Source: a virus
Lineage: Duplodnaviria > Caudoviricetes
Reading direction: 5' to 3' (one strand)
IMG/VR virus record: IMGVR_UViG_3300020042_002159
Coordinates: 1-45,929 of that record
Length of the DNA: 45,929 nt
Shown here: piece after piece, positions 36,179 to 44,631 of the stretch
Layout: each line of letters starts with the position of its first letter
Position numbering within the stretch: position 1 is the first letter of the stretch
The notes under the pieces: model-generated
What the model was told of the DNA's origin: nothing
The model's input: the letters and a program-made list of their open reading frames with translations, nothing else
Databases searched by the model: none
Translations under genes and position numbers: made by a program

Positions 36179-38703
36179 CAGTCACCTCCCTTTGGTTTCT
36201 GTTGCTTTGATTTGCTTTCCGTTTGCATCCGAGCAATCTCTCTCTGGTTAGCCAGCATTGTTCGGTGCTTTTCTACATCCATACCTGTTGAAAAGCCGGC
36301 TTGCTCATGCGCGTGATCACGTTGTGCTTTATCAGCCTGCGCTTTCATTGCAATCTTCACGCCTTCAGTCTCCTGCTGCGCATTGATCCGCTCACGCTCA
36401 ATCTGTAGTTGAGCCTGTTTGAGCATGACATCAGCCTGATCTTTAGCCGCCTTACGCTGCTGCTCTTGGGCTTTAATTTGAAGTTCTTGCTGCTGCAACT
36501 GAATAAGCGGGTCCTGCTGCATCTGTTGATTCTTCTGCTGCTGAGCTTGTTGTTGAGCTTGCTGTAAGAGTTGCTGAGATGCCTGCGCAGCCATCTGAGA
36601 TATCTGAACCTCCATCTCTGGAGACATATCAACTTCATCTGCATCCTCGTTGTACGGAGGCAGAGTCTGACCCATAGCCTGCTCAATCTGTTTACGCATC
36701 TCCATACCCAAATGCTCAGCAACGTGCGCCGAACCTACAGCCATAAGTTTTTGCGCCAATTGAGGACTCTGACCCAACATTTGTTGGATACGAGGGTCTT
36801 GAGCCATGGCCATGTGAACAGCAATGTGGGCTTTATGATCTTGGTACAGGAACGCTTTAACAGGCTTGTTATTGAGCATGTTTTGGTTTTCTGTAACAGG
36901 ATCACGAGGCTTCATGTCATCGTTTATTGGCACAAGCTTCTGGTAGTTTTTGATACCCAACACATCTAACATCTGACGATGCAAGAGAGGTAAGTCGTAC
37001 AACTGAGGAGCTGTCTGCGCAAGCTGCAACGCAGCCTGATACTGAACAACCTTCTGAGCCATCGTCGCAGCATTGGGATCACTCACTGGGATGATATCGA
37101 CCATGTCGTAGTCAGACTGCTTTGCACGACGCCCGCCTTCTTCTGGCTCGTAACTGTACGTAGGCGGCGTATAGTCGCGGATGATTACTTTCAAGAGCTT
37201 AAACTCTTGTTTCATTGAGTAGTGGATGCGAGACTGAACAGCACTCATTGTCTTAAGCTGACGCTCAAGGATAGCCAACGTAGTGCCTACAGGAGCTTGC
37301 GCCGACATGTCTGATGTCTGCAACTCAACCGCGCCAGCAAACTTGCGTCCTTCATCAATGATCTGATTTAGGAGCGCTGCCAAGACCTGTGATGGCTCCT
37401 TGTATGGCAAAGGCATAATGTTGTCACGCATTGTGCCGCTAGGTACGTCTACATCACGGAACTCGCCCGGGGAGATTGGGGTGTCGTCACCTTTGGTACG
37501 TAGTCCTCGAGTTTTAAATCCCCCGGGTAGATTAGATAGAGTTCCAGCGTCCACCAACTGACGAAGAATAGAAGTACCAGATTTAGCAAAAGCACCAATA
37601 AGATGGACAAGGCCAAAATTATAAAAACCAAACCCGGGAATGTAACCGTAGTGGACGAAATGCGTGCGCTTTTGGCAGAGGTCGTCGTCCGGTTCCCAGT
37701 TGCGGCGGATTGCAAGGATGTTCGTTGTACCCTTTTCAATCGTGACGATGTATGGGAGCGCAATCCCCGTCTCTTTGCCTGTGTCTTCGTCTTTATGCTC
37801 ATAGCCTTTTAGGTCTAAATCGACCTGTATCTCCAAGAGTTTGAATCGATCATCTTGCGTTGCACGAAAACCCATCTTTTCTGCAATACGCTTCTCAACT
37901 TCGTCCATTGTCTGGGTAGGCTCACCCAAGTCAATATCACGGTAGAAACCTTCATGCTGAAGACGTTTTAAGTCGTTTTTGTTCTTACGCATAACGTGCG
38001 TGATACGTTCTGCATCAGCAAGACTTGAAGCACCGTAAGGCACAACCACATCTTCTGCTGGCGCATACATAGATACTTGACGACCAAGTGATGGGTCGTA
38101 GTACACCTTCTTAAACGCGTTACCAGCAAGGCCCAAGCCCCAGAGCATGCGCTCATGCTCAGGTCTGTACTCTTTCATTACGTCAGTAAGCTGGTAGTTC
38201 ATGTCTTCTTGAACTCGCTCTGCTGCGTCTTTCTTCTCGGGGGTTTCTTTGCCGATAATCTTAGTCTTGACGGGGCCAGATGCAGGGAATGTCTCCATCA
38301 TGGTCTCAGCTTGGAACTTCACAACTGCTTCAGTCAAGAGCGGGTGATACACGCCGCAAGCACCGGGCCAAGGCTCTGTTCTTTCCTCAATCTTCAAGCC
38401 TAATAGTTCTAGGCCATCTACATAAGTCTGTACCCAATCTTTACGGGCGGATACATCAGACTCAAAGTCCCCAATCAACTCGCTAGCAAGTGATGCAAGA
38501 ACATCATCAGAGATCTCTTCAGCTAAGTTTTTACTAAACTCATCATCGCCCTCTTCTGGCTCAATTTCAATTTCTACATCCCCTGCTTTGATACGTACTG
38601 CCTCAGGGTCTTCAATCTCAATCTCGATTGGCTCTTCCATCTCCCCTAACTGATCCAGTCCTTGGGGAGCCTCGTACAGAGCTTTGTCAATGTTAGTCGC
38701 CAT
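36178..38703 (-). CDS. Portal protein
   Basis: 841 aa after TerL; MNYQL, G.AFKKVYYD, GFYNFGL, LSNLPGG; Gln-rich C-terminal coiled coil like the P22-type barrel. Confidence 0.85.
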   Translation of the reverse strand: MATNIDKALYEAPQGLDQLGEMEEPIEIEIEDPEAVRIKAGDVEIEIEPEEGDDEFSKNLAEEISDDVLASLASELIGDFESDVSARKDWVQTYVDGLELLGLKIEERTEPWPGACGVYHPLLTEAVVKFQAETMMETFPASGPVKTKIIGKETPEKKDAAERVQEDMNYQLTDVMKEYRPEHERMLWGLGLAGNAFKKVYYDPSLGRQVSMYAPAEDVVVPYGASSLADAERITHVMRKNKNDLKRLQHEGFYRDIDLGEPTQTMDEVEKRIAEKMGFRATQDDRFKLLEIQVDLDLKGYEHKDEDTGKETGIALPYIVTIEKGTTNILAIRRNWEPDDDLCQKRTHFVHYGYIPGFGFYNFGLVHLIGAFAKSGTSILRQLVDAGTLSNLPGGFKTRGLRTKGDDTPISPGEFRDVDVPSGTMRDNIMPLPYKEPSQVLAALLNQIIDEGRKFAGAVELQTSDMSAQAPVGTTLAILERQLKTMSAVQSRIHYSMKQEFKLLKVIIRDYTPPTYSYEPEEGGRRAKQSDYDMVDIIPVSDPNAATMAQKVVQYQAALQLAQTAPQLYDLPLLHRQMLDVLGIKNYQKLVPINDDMKPRDPVTENQNMLNNKPVKAFLYQDHKAHIAVHMAMAQDPRIQQMLGQSPQLAQKLMAVGSAHVAEHLGMEMRKQIEQAMGQTLPPYNEDADEVDMSPEMEVQISQMAAQASQQLLQQAQQQAQQQKNQQMQQDPLIQLQQQELQIKAQEQQRKAAKDQADVMLKQAQLQIERERINAQQETEGVKIAMKAQADKAQRDHAHEQAGFSTGMDVEKHRTMLANQREIARMQTESKSKQQKPKGGD

Positions 38704-39193
38704 GATTATCCTTAAATACGTTACAAATATCCGTATAAGTTAAGCCTCGGTCTTTTCCAAGAAACTCAACGGTTAACAAGTACCGAGTCTCAGCAAAGTT
38801 AAGTACTGTATGCTGCCGCCTTGTATTAAAAACAAAATACTTGCTGGGTTTATACGCAAGCTCAATAACAGGGAACGAAACGCCCTCTGTGTTCTCTGCA
38901 AATAGACATTTACTGCCATTATCTTCTAATAACATGTTGATGCCAACTTGCCTGTCCGTGTCCGTATGCCACCTGTAGCAGGTGTTGGGCGGCAACTTTA
39001 AGATACCAACGTGAAAATCAAATTTATTGTGTGCCAACCACATGAACAGCGGCTCTTTAGTCGCAATCTCTACAGGTAGTTGCGCCGCAGTAAAGTTGTA
39101 ATAGAGATGCCAGACCTCATTGCTTTTGCTAAATGCTAGCGCTTCGTCTGCAATAGCCGACGGGACTGGGAGTTCGTAAAAGAATTGTTCCAT
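38693..39193 (-). CDS. Putative double-stranded beta-helix (2OG-Fe(II) oxygenase-like) protein
   Basis: WHTD...FNT..QHTV.N...R (HxD...H triad); overlaps both neighbours. Confidence 0.6.
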   Translation of the reverse strand: MEQFFYELPVPSAIADEALAFSKSNEVWHLYYNFTAAQLPVEIATKEPLFMWLAHNKFDFHVGILKLPPNTCYRWHTDTDRQVGINMLLEDNGSKCLFAENTEGVSFPVIELAYKPSKYFVFNTRRQHTVLNFAETRYLLTVEFLGKDRGLTYTDICNVFKDNHGD

Positions 39194-40710
39194 CAGTAAT
39201 ACGCTGCTTTTTTGCGATACGATTTTAAAAAATTATCTTCCGGCTCGTCCGTTGGAAGTCGTAAAAACCCACCCTGCCGGAATCTTAACAGCGCAAGCGT
39301 TGTAGAGTCCACCAAGTCATCGTTGGTGCCGGCTGGAAAGTCGTTGCACTCTTCTATTACTTCCTTAGCCCACCGGTGGTCAGGTGCGTACACGATGCCA
39401 GACGCAAATAAGTCAGACACTGCGTTCACACGAGCTATTTTGTCCTGTCCTTTGCCCGGAGTAAACTCCCCTACAGGCACGCCCATGCGTCTAAACTCCT
39501 GATACAGAGCCGATCCGTTGGATTTCTTCTCCACCATGAACGCATCTGGCTGCCACTCTCTGTACTCCTCAAGCACCAGCTTCTTAAGCTCTGGGTACTC
39601 CATCCTTTTCTTGATGGCATTAAGCAAAATGATGGCAAAGTTCTGTGTTTCCTCGTTATAAAACACACCCCACGTCGTCAACGCGTTATAGTCGGCTCTA
39701 TTAGTGGCTTCTTGCGCAGCATCGAGCGACATAATGATGAACTCGCATTCGGGAGGGTCTTCTTTTTCCCAAATTTTCCACCATTCACGTTTAATCAGCG
39801 CTCCTTCCTCAGAAGTGGGCTGCTGCATGTACTGCGCGTTCCAATAACGGATGTCCAGGGCCGCTTTTTTAGATAAAAGCTCCTCAACATCCCAAAATTC
39901 TGGCCAAAGTGCCTGTCCGTCATCTTTAATTGCAGGAAACTCAACCACTTCCCACGGATCTACGTCTTCATTTTGTTCAGTCTGCTTAACAATCATACCC
40001 GTCAGGTCTAATTTAGACCAACGAGTCATAACAATGATAATAGCGCCGCCTGGCATAAGACGCTGAAGAGGGCCAGACTGGAACCACTCCCAAGCAGGTA
40101 GAAAAACGTCAGGTCTACCTGTTTTGGCTTCCTGTTCAGAGTGTGGATCGTCAATAATAAAAAGGTCAGCACCCCTACCAGCAAGAGCGCCCCCAACACC
40201 AATAGCAAAATATTCGCCATTAAAGTTAGTCCCCCATCGTGAAGCAGATTTAGAGTCAGACTGAAGCTCTACTTGCGGAAATATGCCCTTATAAGCTTCC
40301 GATCCAACGAGGTTACGCACACGACGGCCAAAGTTAACAGCCAGATCTGCCGTATGGGAACCCATGATGATTTTTTTCTGTGGATACTTACCCAAAAACC
40401 AGGCCGGAGCGAGATAGGATATAAGTTCTGATTTACCATGTCTCGGAGCGATATTAACAATAACCCGTTTTTTCTTACCTGCAGCGATATCTTCAAAAAT
40501 TTGTATAAGTTTAAGGTGGTGAGGTCCCACTTTATAGCCCGGATAGACGTGGTTAATGAAGTCAAGGAAGCTCTCCTTACCCATACTCTGGGTCATCTGT
40601 GCATCATAAGTTTTTAACAACTCAAGAGTACGCCTTCTCTTTTTGTCAGGCATCCCCGGCAGCGCTTGTCGCAGCTTAAAAATAGCTTCAGGCGTTAGTG
40701 TTTGACTCAT
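39193..40710 (-). CDS. terL: Terminase large subunit
   Basis: APRHGKS Walker A, IIDDP Walker B, MTRW, YMQQP, SLDAA, DDLVDS nuclease motif. Confidence 0.95.
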   Translation of the reverse strand: MSQTLTPEAIFKLRQALPGMPDKKRRRTLELLKTYDAQMTQSMGKESFLDFINHVYPGYKVGPHHLKLIQIFEDIAAGKKKRVIVNIAPRHGKSELISYLAPAWFLGKYPQKKIIMGSHTADLAVNFGRRVRNLVGSEAYKGIFPQVELQSDSKSASRWGTNFNGEYFAIGVGGALAGRGADLFIIDDPHSEQEAKTGRPDVFLPAWEWFQSGPLQRLMPGGAIIIVMTRWSKLDLTGMIVKQTEQNEDVDPWEVVEFPAIKDDGQALWPEFWDVEELLSKKAALDIRYWNAQYMQQPTSEEGALIKREWWKIWEKEDPPECEFIIMSLDAAQEATNRADYNALTTWGVFYNEETQNFAIILLNAIKKRMEYPELKKLVLEEYREWQPDAFMVEKKSNGSALYQEFRRMGVPVGEFTPGKGQDKIARVNAVSDLFASGIVYAPDHRWAKEVIEECNDFPAGTNDDLVDSTTLALLRFRQGGFLRLPTDEPEDNFLKSYRKKAAYY

Positions 40711-41260
40711 GCTTTATTACTTCGCGTGCTTCAACGTCAATGACCTTACTTTCTAGGCTTTCTAGGGTCTCCAAAAGTTCTTTTTCTACCTCTTCGGCAG
40801 ATAAAATTCTGTGTGTAACTTCTGAGCGTTTCTTGAATGCGTCTACACCATCTACTTCACCTAAATTTCTTATGGCAGTAAGGCGTGCTTTGGGGTCGCG
40901 TGTATGTTCAATTTCATGCACAAGCTTATTTACTACATACAGTTTAAAGTCTGACAGTTCTTCAACAATAGATACGTTCATCTGAGCAACCATACCTGCA
41001 AGAAACGCTAGTGTTTCGTTAGGGTACTTAGCAAACTCGGGTCTATGTTTAGGATCAGGCGCCATCTGACGAGCTAACTCTGTAGCTTGTGCAGCGTTAT
41101 CTTTGGTAGGGGATATCTGCTGACCCGTAAGGTCAGACATTAACTTAATGACATTGGCCCGCATTTGCAATTCTTCAGCGGGCGATAGATCAGGGAACGC
41201 CTCTTTTGCGTTCTGTGGCAGAGGAATGTTCTCCTCTATATACGGCATTATTTGTTCCAT
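40688..41260 (-). CDS. Putative terminase small subunit
   Basis: 190 aa directly upstream of and overlapping terL; AAGGAG before the ATG at 41260; helical. Confidence 0.6.
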   Translation of the reverse strand: MEQIMPYIEENIPLPQNAKEAFPDLSPAEELQMRANVIKLMSDLTGQQISPTKDNAAQATELARQMAPDPKHRPEFAKYPNETLAFLAGMVAQMNVSIVEELSDFKLYVVNKLVHEIEHTRDPKARLTAIRNLGEVDGVDAFKKRSEVTHRILSAEEVEKELLETLESLESKVIDVEAREVIKHESNTNA

Positions 41261-41291
41261 GTCAGCGAAGGCTCCTTCGGCAGTTGTTGTA

Positions 41292-41321
41292 AATGTAACA
41301 GAAAAATATATCTTTGTGCAA
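41292..41321 (-). promoter_or_regulatory. Candidate promoter of the virion operon
   Basis: TTGCAC-18 nt-TACATT with extended TG, ~30 nt upstream of the terS start. Confidence 0.5.
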
Positions 41322-41812
41322 GGGGAGGTTAGGAATCCTACCGGGGGGGTGTTTCTGTGGAGAAAAAGCGGAGAAAAAGCGGAGAACTGAAGAGGGGGTG
41401 GGGGTACTTCAGATGGGGATCGTAATCGGCAATGGGGTGTGGCGGCGAGACGTACCTTATGGCTGGGAACCCGCATGGATACTGGGTTATACGAATTACA
41501 CTCAACAGTCAATTGTGCAATCTACTTTACTTATAAATATTTTTTGGAAGGACCGGGGTGTGTAATTGGAGGGGGGTGGTTGGACAGGTTGGACGGGATG
41601 TTTGCCATTTTGGGGTAATTGTTTGCGTGTAGCCGCCGTGTAATTCGTGAGCTGCGGATCAATGCCCCTGTGTAATTCGCAAAATTAGGGGTTTACTTTA
41701 CATAAGAATGGAGTGGATTTGGGAAAAATGTGGAGTTATTTGTGCGTGTTAGGGGGTATGGGGTACGAGGGGGGACCCATTGAGGGTCTTGGGGGGTGGG
41801 GGGGGGGGGTGT
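41322..41812. other. G-run-rich non-coding spacer between divergent blocks
   Basis: Many G4-G12 runs on the + strand, including GGGGGGTGGGGGGGGGGGG at 41791-41809; GTGTAATT repeats. Confidence 0.75.
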
Positions 41813-41825
41813 CCCCTTGCCAAAC

Positions 41826-41854
41826 TTTACTTATAGCCCCATATCCCACATACT
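41826..41854 (+). promoter_or_regulatory. Early sigma70-like promoter 1
   Basis: TTTACT-17 nt-CATACT; AACTTTACTT shared with promoters 2 and 3. Confidence 0.6.
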
Positions 41855-41905
41855 GACCTCAATGCAACACGGTTGTGGTTGCAGATTCTCTGAAGGGAGA
41901 CTGAC

Positions 41906-42067
41906 ATGTACACAGTAAATGTACGTTGGGGTGAGCTGACTAAGACTCACAAGGCTTGGACACTTAGCAGTGCCAAGGCATGGATGTACACATACCCTAA
42001 CAAGGATGTGTTTGCAAAGGTGACCAACCTGTTTGGTCGGACAGTTGCAGTGCGGTACAAACGCTAA
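41906..42067 (+). CDS. Small early protein, 53 aa (not in the ORF track)
   Basis: GGGAGA RBS; MYTVNVRWGELTKTHKAWTLSSAKAWMYTYPNKDVFAKVTNLFGRTVAVRYKR. Confidence 0.7.
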   Translation: MYTVNVRWGELTKTHKAWTLSSAKAWMYTYPNKDVFAKVTNLFGRTVAVRYKR

Positions 42068-42074
42068 GCAACAA

Positions 42075-42097
42075 GGGGGATGGTGACAGCATCCCCC
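42075..42097 (+). other. Intergenic hairpin without U-tract
   Basis: GGGGGATG-7 nt-CATCCCCC. Confidence 0.6.
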
Positions 42098-42113
42098 ATC
42101 TTAAGGAGATGGT

Positions 42114-42272
42114 ATGTATTACGGTTTAGCTTTGGTGGTTAGCACAATCACCTTTGCCTTGTCGTTAGCCATGTTGCTACCACAAGGTATGTGGCTCGGG
42201 TTAGTGGGCTTGGTAGTTAGCACGGCATTGATCACATTGATCTTGCCTAAGATCCAACACAAGGACGACTGA
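42114..42272 (+). CDS. Small two-TM membrane protein, 52 aa (not in the ORF track)
   Basis: AAGGAG RBS; MYYGLALVVSTITFALSLAMLLPQGMWLGLVGLVVSTALITLILPKIQHKDD; its stop is the UGA of the ribozyme core. Confidence 0.75.
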   Translation: MYYGLALVVSTITFALSLAMLLPQGMWLGLVGLVVSTALITLILPKIQHKDD

Positions 42273-42314
42273 TGAGGCTTTAGTAGCCGAAACCGCAGGG
42301 ATGCGGTCTCGTTC
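42263..42314 (+). ncRNA. Hammerhead ribozyme, type I (copy 1)
   Basis: Stem I GGACGA/UCGUUC; core CUGAUGA; stem II GGCU/AGCC; GAAA; stem III CCGCA/UGCGG with GGGA loop; GUC cleavage triplet, cut after 42308. Confidence 0.93.
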
Positions 42315-42332
42315 ATTAACAAAGGAGAGAAC

Positions 42333-42572
42333 ATGAAAACATTAGGTGAATTGCTTAGAGACAAGATCAACGCTTCGATTGAGAAGCGCCAGCAACTTGA
42401 ACTTCAATGGTGGGATGCATACAAAGAAGTGTACAACGTGCGCCCACGTTGGATAGACATCTCAGGATGGTCTGACGCTAAATTAGTAGAGGAGCTCGAT
42501 GCGCTCAGCAGACCCGCTGAACACGAACACTCAATGGCAAAATATGAAGAACAACTGATGAGGCTTAAGTAG
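42333..42572 (+). CDS. Small early protein bracketed by hammerheads
   Basis: 79 aa; AAGGAG RBS; WDAYKEVYNVRPRW motif. Confidence 0.8.
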   Translation: MKTLGELLRDKINASIEKRQQLELQWWDAYKEVYNVRPRWIDISGWSDAKLVEELDALSRPAEHEHSMAKYEEQLMRLK

Positions 42573-42600
42573 CCGAAACCGCAGGGATGCGGTCTTGTTC
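42549..42600 (+). ncRNA. Hammerhead ribozyme, type I (copy 2)
   Basis: Stem I GAACAA/UUGUUC (covarying with copy 1); same core and stems II/III; cut after 42594. Confidence 0.93.
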
Positions 42601-42619
42601 ATTAACACAGGAGAGAAAC

Positions 42620-42826
42620 ATGGTACAGCTTAGATTATTTGACACACTGGATGACATACAGTACGCAATGAGCTTGACTAGCGCCGAGCTACCAAAAATA
42701 AAGCAAGCAAATTATGATGCATATTGTTTTATCAAAGACATTCGTAGCATCGTACATAAACAAAAACACATGTATAAGAGGGCTGATATGGAATACAAAC
42801 AGGACATGGATCGTATTTATAGGTAA
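42620..42826 (+). CDS. Small early protein, 68 aa
   Basis: AGGAG RBS before the ATG at 42620; followed directly by a terminator. Confidence 0.7.
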   Translation: MVQLRLFDTLDDIQYAMSLTSAELPKIKQANYDAYCFIKDIRSIVHKQKHMYKRADMEYKQDMDRIYR

Positions 42827-42828
42827 CC

Positions 42829-42856
42829 AAGGGAGCTTCGGCTCCCTTTTCTTTTT
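42829..42856 (+). terminator. Intrinsic terminator
   Basis: GGGAGC-TTCG-GCTCCC-TTTTCTTTTT. Confidence 0.9.
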
Positions 42857-42897
42857 GCCGTCACATCGTGCCACCTATTGTAGTTAGAGCGCGTCTC

Positions 42898-42976
42898 TGA
42901 TACCAGTTATCTACGGCGAGAGCGAGAAGTGCGCGCGGGCGACAAGCGCGTTAAATAGAACCTCATCCCCGCGTGG
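42898..42976. repeat. Intergenic ~80-bp element, copy 1
   Basis: TGATACCAGTTAT...GC-rich...TTAAATAG-N3-CTCAT-N6-GTGG. Confidence 0.75.
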
Positions 42977-42979
42977 AAC

Positions 42980-43008
42980 TTTACTTAAAGGCTCCACTAG
43001 AGTACTGT
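42980..43008 (+). promoter_or_regulatory. Early sigma70-like promoter 2
   Basis: TTTACT-17 nt-TACTGT. Confidence 0.6.
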
Positions 43009-43076
43009 TACATCACTGGGAAGCAATTCAGCCCCCAGTGTTTTCTCAAACCGTTCATTCTTATGGAGATTTGAAC

Positions 43077-43736
43077 ATGGCAAAATCAGCCGCAAAAGTC
43101 GTGGAATCCGCCACGCAAGTATCTTTTAGTTCACTAAAAGACTCAGCCTACCAACAAGCGGGAGCCGCTAAGACTCTTGAAGACGTAGCCCGCTACGTTT
43201 TGGGCAAAGTCAAAGACTTCCCAAAAGAGATCCCAACCGAAGCCAAAGACGAACTTTATGACGGCTACCGCATGAAGTTTAATTTGCTCAAGCCTGAAAC
43301 CATGTATGCGGTCATCAATGACCACTACGTAGTTGCTACGCAAGAGCATAAAACCAACGACAAGGTTGAAAAGATCAACATTGGTATTCCATATGCTTAC
43401 AGTTACTCGGCTCAAGAGTTCGGTAAGTTGGCAAACACCAACCCAGCCCTTCACGCTCTTGTCAAAGAGATCAGGGATAAATGTGCTACTTATTGCTCAA
43501 ATCGACTGGGCGACTTAAAAAGAGCCGCTACGAAGATTCTTAAAGAGGGTCAAGAGGGTCGAGCAAGAACCGCTAATAAGAACTTTGGAGAGTTCATTGA
43601 AGATTGGTTCAAAGAAGCCGCGCCAACTAGGCTGATATCAGCCAAGAATCGTGGCGACAAAACCGCTGACGACAAGCGTTGGAATGAAGCCAAAGTGGCT
43701 TTCATGGTGAAGTGGAAGCACTCAGACGCTAAGTAA
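43077..43736 (+). CDS. Early hypothetical protein (paralog A)
   Basis: 219 aa from the ATG after GGAG; clearly homologous to 43965..44570. Confidence 0.85.
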   Translation: MAKSAAKVVESATQVSFSSLKDSAYQQAGAAKTLEDVARYVLGKVKDFPKEIPTEAKDELYDGYRMKFNLLKPETMYAVINDHYVVATQEHKTNDKVEKINIGIPYAYSYSAQEFGKLANTNPALHALVKEIRDKCATYCSNRLGDLKRAATKILKEGQEGRARTANKNFGEFIEDWFKEAAPTRLISAKNRGDKTADDKRWNEAKVAFMVKWKHSDAK

Positions 43737-43742
43737 TTAGCC

Positions 43743-43780
43743 AAAACCCCCCAAGCCGAACGGTTTGGGGGGTTTTTTTT
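43743..43780 (+). terminator. Intrinsic terminator
   Basis: CCCCCCAAGCC...GGTTTGGGGGG followed by T8. Confidence 0.9.
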
Positions 43781-43793
43781 CGCCTGTGCTTTT

Positions 43794-43874
43794 TGATACC
43801 AGTTATTTTCTGTCGCGCGCGGGAGTGCGTGTGTGGCGAGCGAAACCCTTAAATAGTACCCCACTCCCCTGTGG
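43794..43874. repeat. Intergenic ~80-bp element, copy 2
   Basis: TGATACCAGTTAT...CGCGCGCG...TTAAATAG-N3-CCCAC-N6-GTGG. Confidence 0.75.
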
Positions 43875-43877
43875 AAC

Positions 43878-43907
43878 TTTACTTTAGACCCCACACTATG
43901 CCAAGAT
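43878..43907 (+). promoter_or_regulatory. Early sigma70-like promoter 3
   Basis: TTTACT-18 nt-CAAGAT with extended TG. Confidence 0.5.
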
Positions 43908-43964
43908 ACATCATCACTTAGAAAACAACTAGGTGATGTTTCATTAACTTTTTAGGAGAGACAC

Positions 43965-44570
43965 ATGTCTACATTTTCATCATTGAAAGATCTTGGTTAT
44001 CAACAGGCAGGTACAGGAGACAGTTTAGATTCACAGGCAAGTTATGCCTTGGCTAACATCACAGGGTTTCCCAAGGAAATTTCTAGCGAAGCAAGGGAAA
44101 TGCTTTATGAGGGTTATAGATTACGCAACAGCGAGAAACATCCTGCCAAGGTCTATGCTGTGGTCAATGACCATTATGTTCTGGCATCACCTGAACAGGT
44201 CAAAAATGCCAAGGTAGAGAAAATTGAAATTGGTGTTGCGTATGCCTTTGCATATTCACAGCAGGAATTTGGCAAGCTCAAAAACACTAACCCTGCCTTG
44301 CATGGGATCATAAAAGAAATACGGGATGCTGTGGGTGACTACTGTTCTAATCGATTAGGTGATCTAAAACGTGCTTGCAATAAAATACTCGCCAAGCGAA
44401 ATGGCAAAACAGTATCACGCACTACATTGGATTTCGCACAATCCATGCACAAAGATTTCGAAGCTCAAGAGAAATCTGTAAAAGTGAAACAAGCCAAGGG
44501 TGACACAACAGCAAACAGCGCCAAGTATGCCCTTGCCGTAAAAGCGTTCTGGACGACATACAACAAGTAA
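43965..44570 (+). CDS. Early hypothetical protein (paralog B)
   Basis: 201 aa; AGGAG RBS; homologous to 43077..43736. Confidence 0.85.
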   Translation: MSTFSSLKDLGYQQAGTGDSLDSQASYALANITGFPKEISSEAREMLYEGYRLRNSEKHPAKVYAVVNDHYVLASPEQVKNAKVEKIEIGVAYAFAYSQQEFGKLKNTNPALHGIIKEIRDAVGDYCSNRLGDLKRACNKILAKRNGKTVSRTTLDFAQSMHKDFEAQEKSVKVKQAKGDTTANSAKYALAVKAFWTTYNK

Positions 44571-44584
44571 CATTGTTGTTAGCC

Positions 44585-44619
44585 AAGCCCACATGGTTTT
44601 CCATGTGGGCTTTTTTTTT
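44585..44619 (+). terminator. Intrinsic terminator
   Basis: GCCCACATGG-TTTT-CCATGTGGGC followed by T9. Confidence 0.9.
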
Positions 44620-44631
44620 GTCCGTGTTATT

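Noticed and set aside
41261-41512. 84-aa N-terminal extension of the TerS ORF in the track
   Set aside because: Runs through the low-complexity spacer; an RBS and a promoter support the ATG at 41260.
42587-42619. Track start for the last small early ORF
   Set aside because: Lies within ribozyme stem III with no RBS; the ATG at 42620 has AGGAG.
42263-42620. CRISPR array suggested by the direct repeats
   Set aside because: Only two copies, 286 nt apart with an ORF between them; fully explained as hammerheads; no cas genes.
42940-42958. dif/XerD-like site (GTTAAAT)
   Set aside because: Only a short partial match; no XerC arm at 6-bp spacing.
42930-43000. Pistol ribozyme suggested by a hairpin followed by TTAAATAG
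   Set aside because: No convincing pseudoknot, P2/P3 closure or GU cleavage junction, and the other copies lack the P1 stem.
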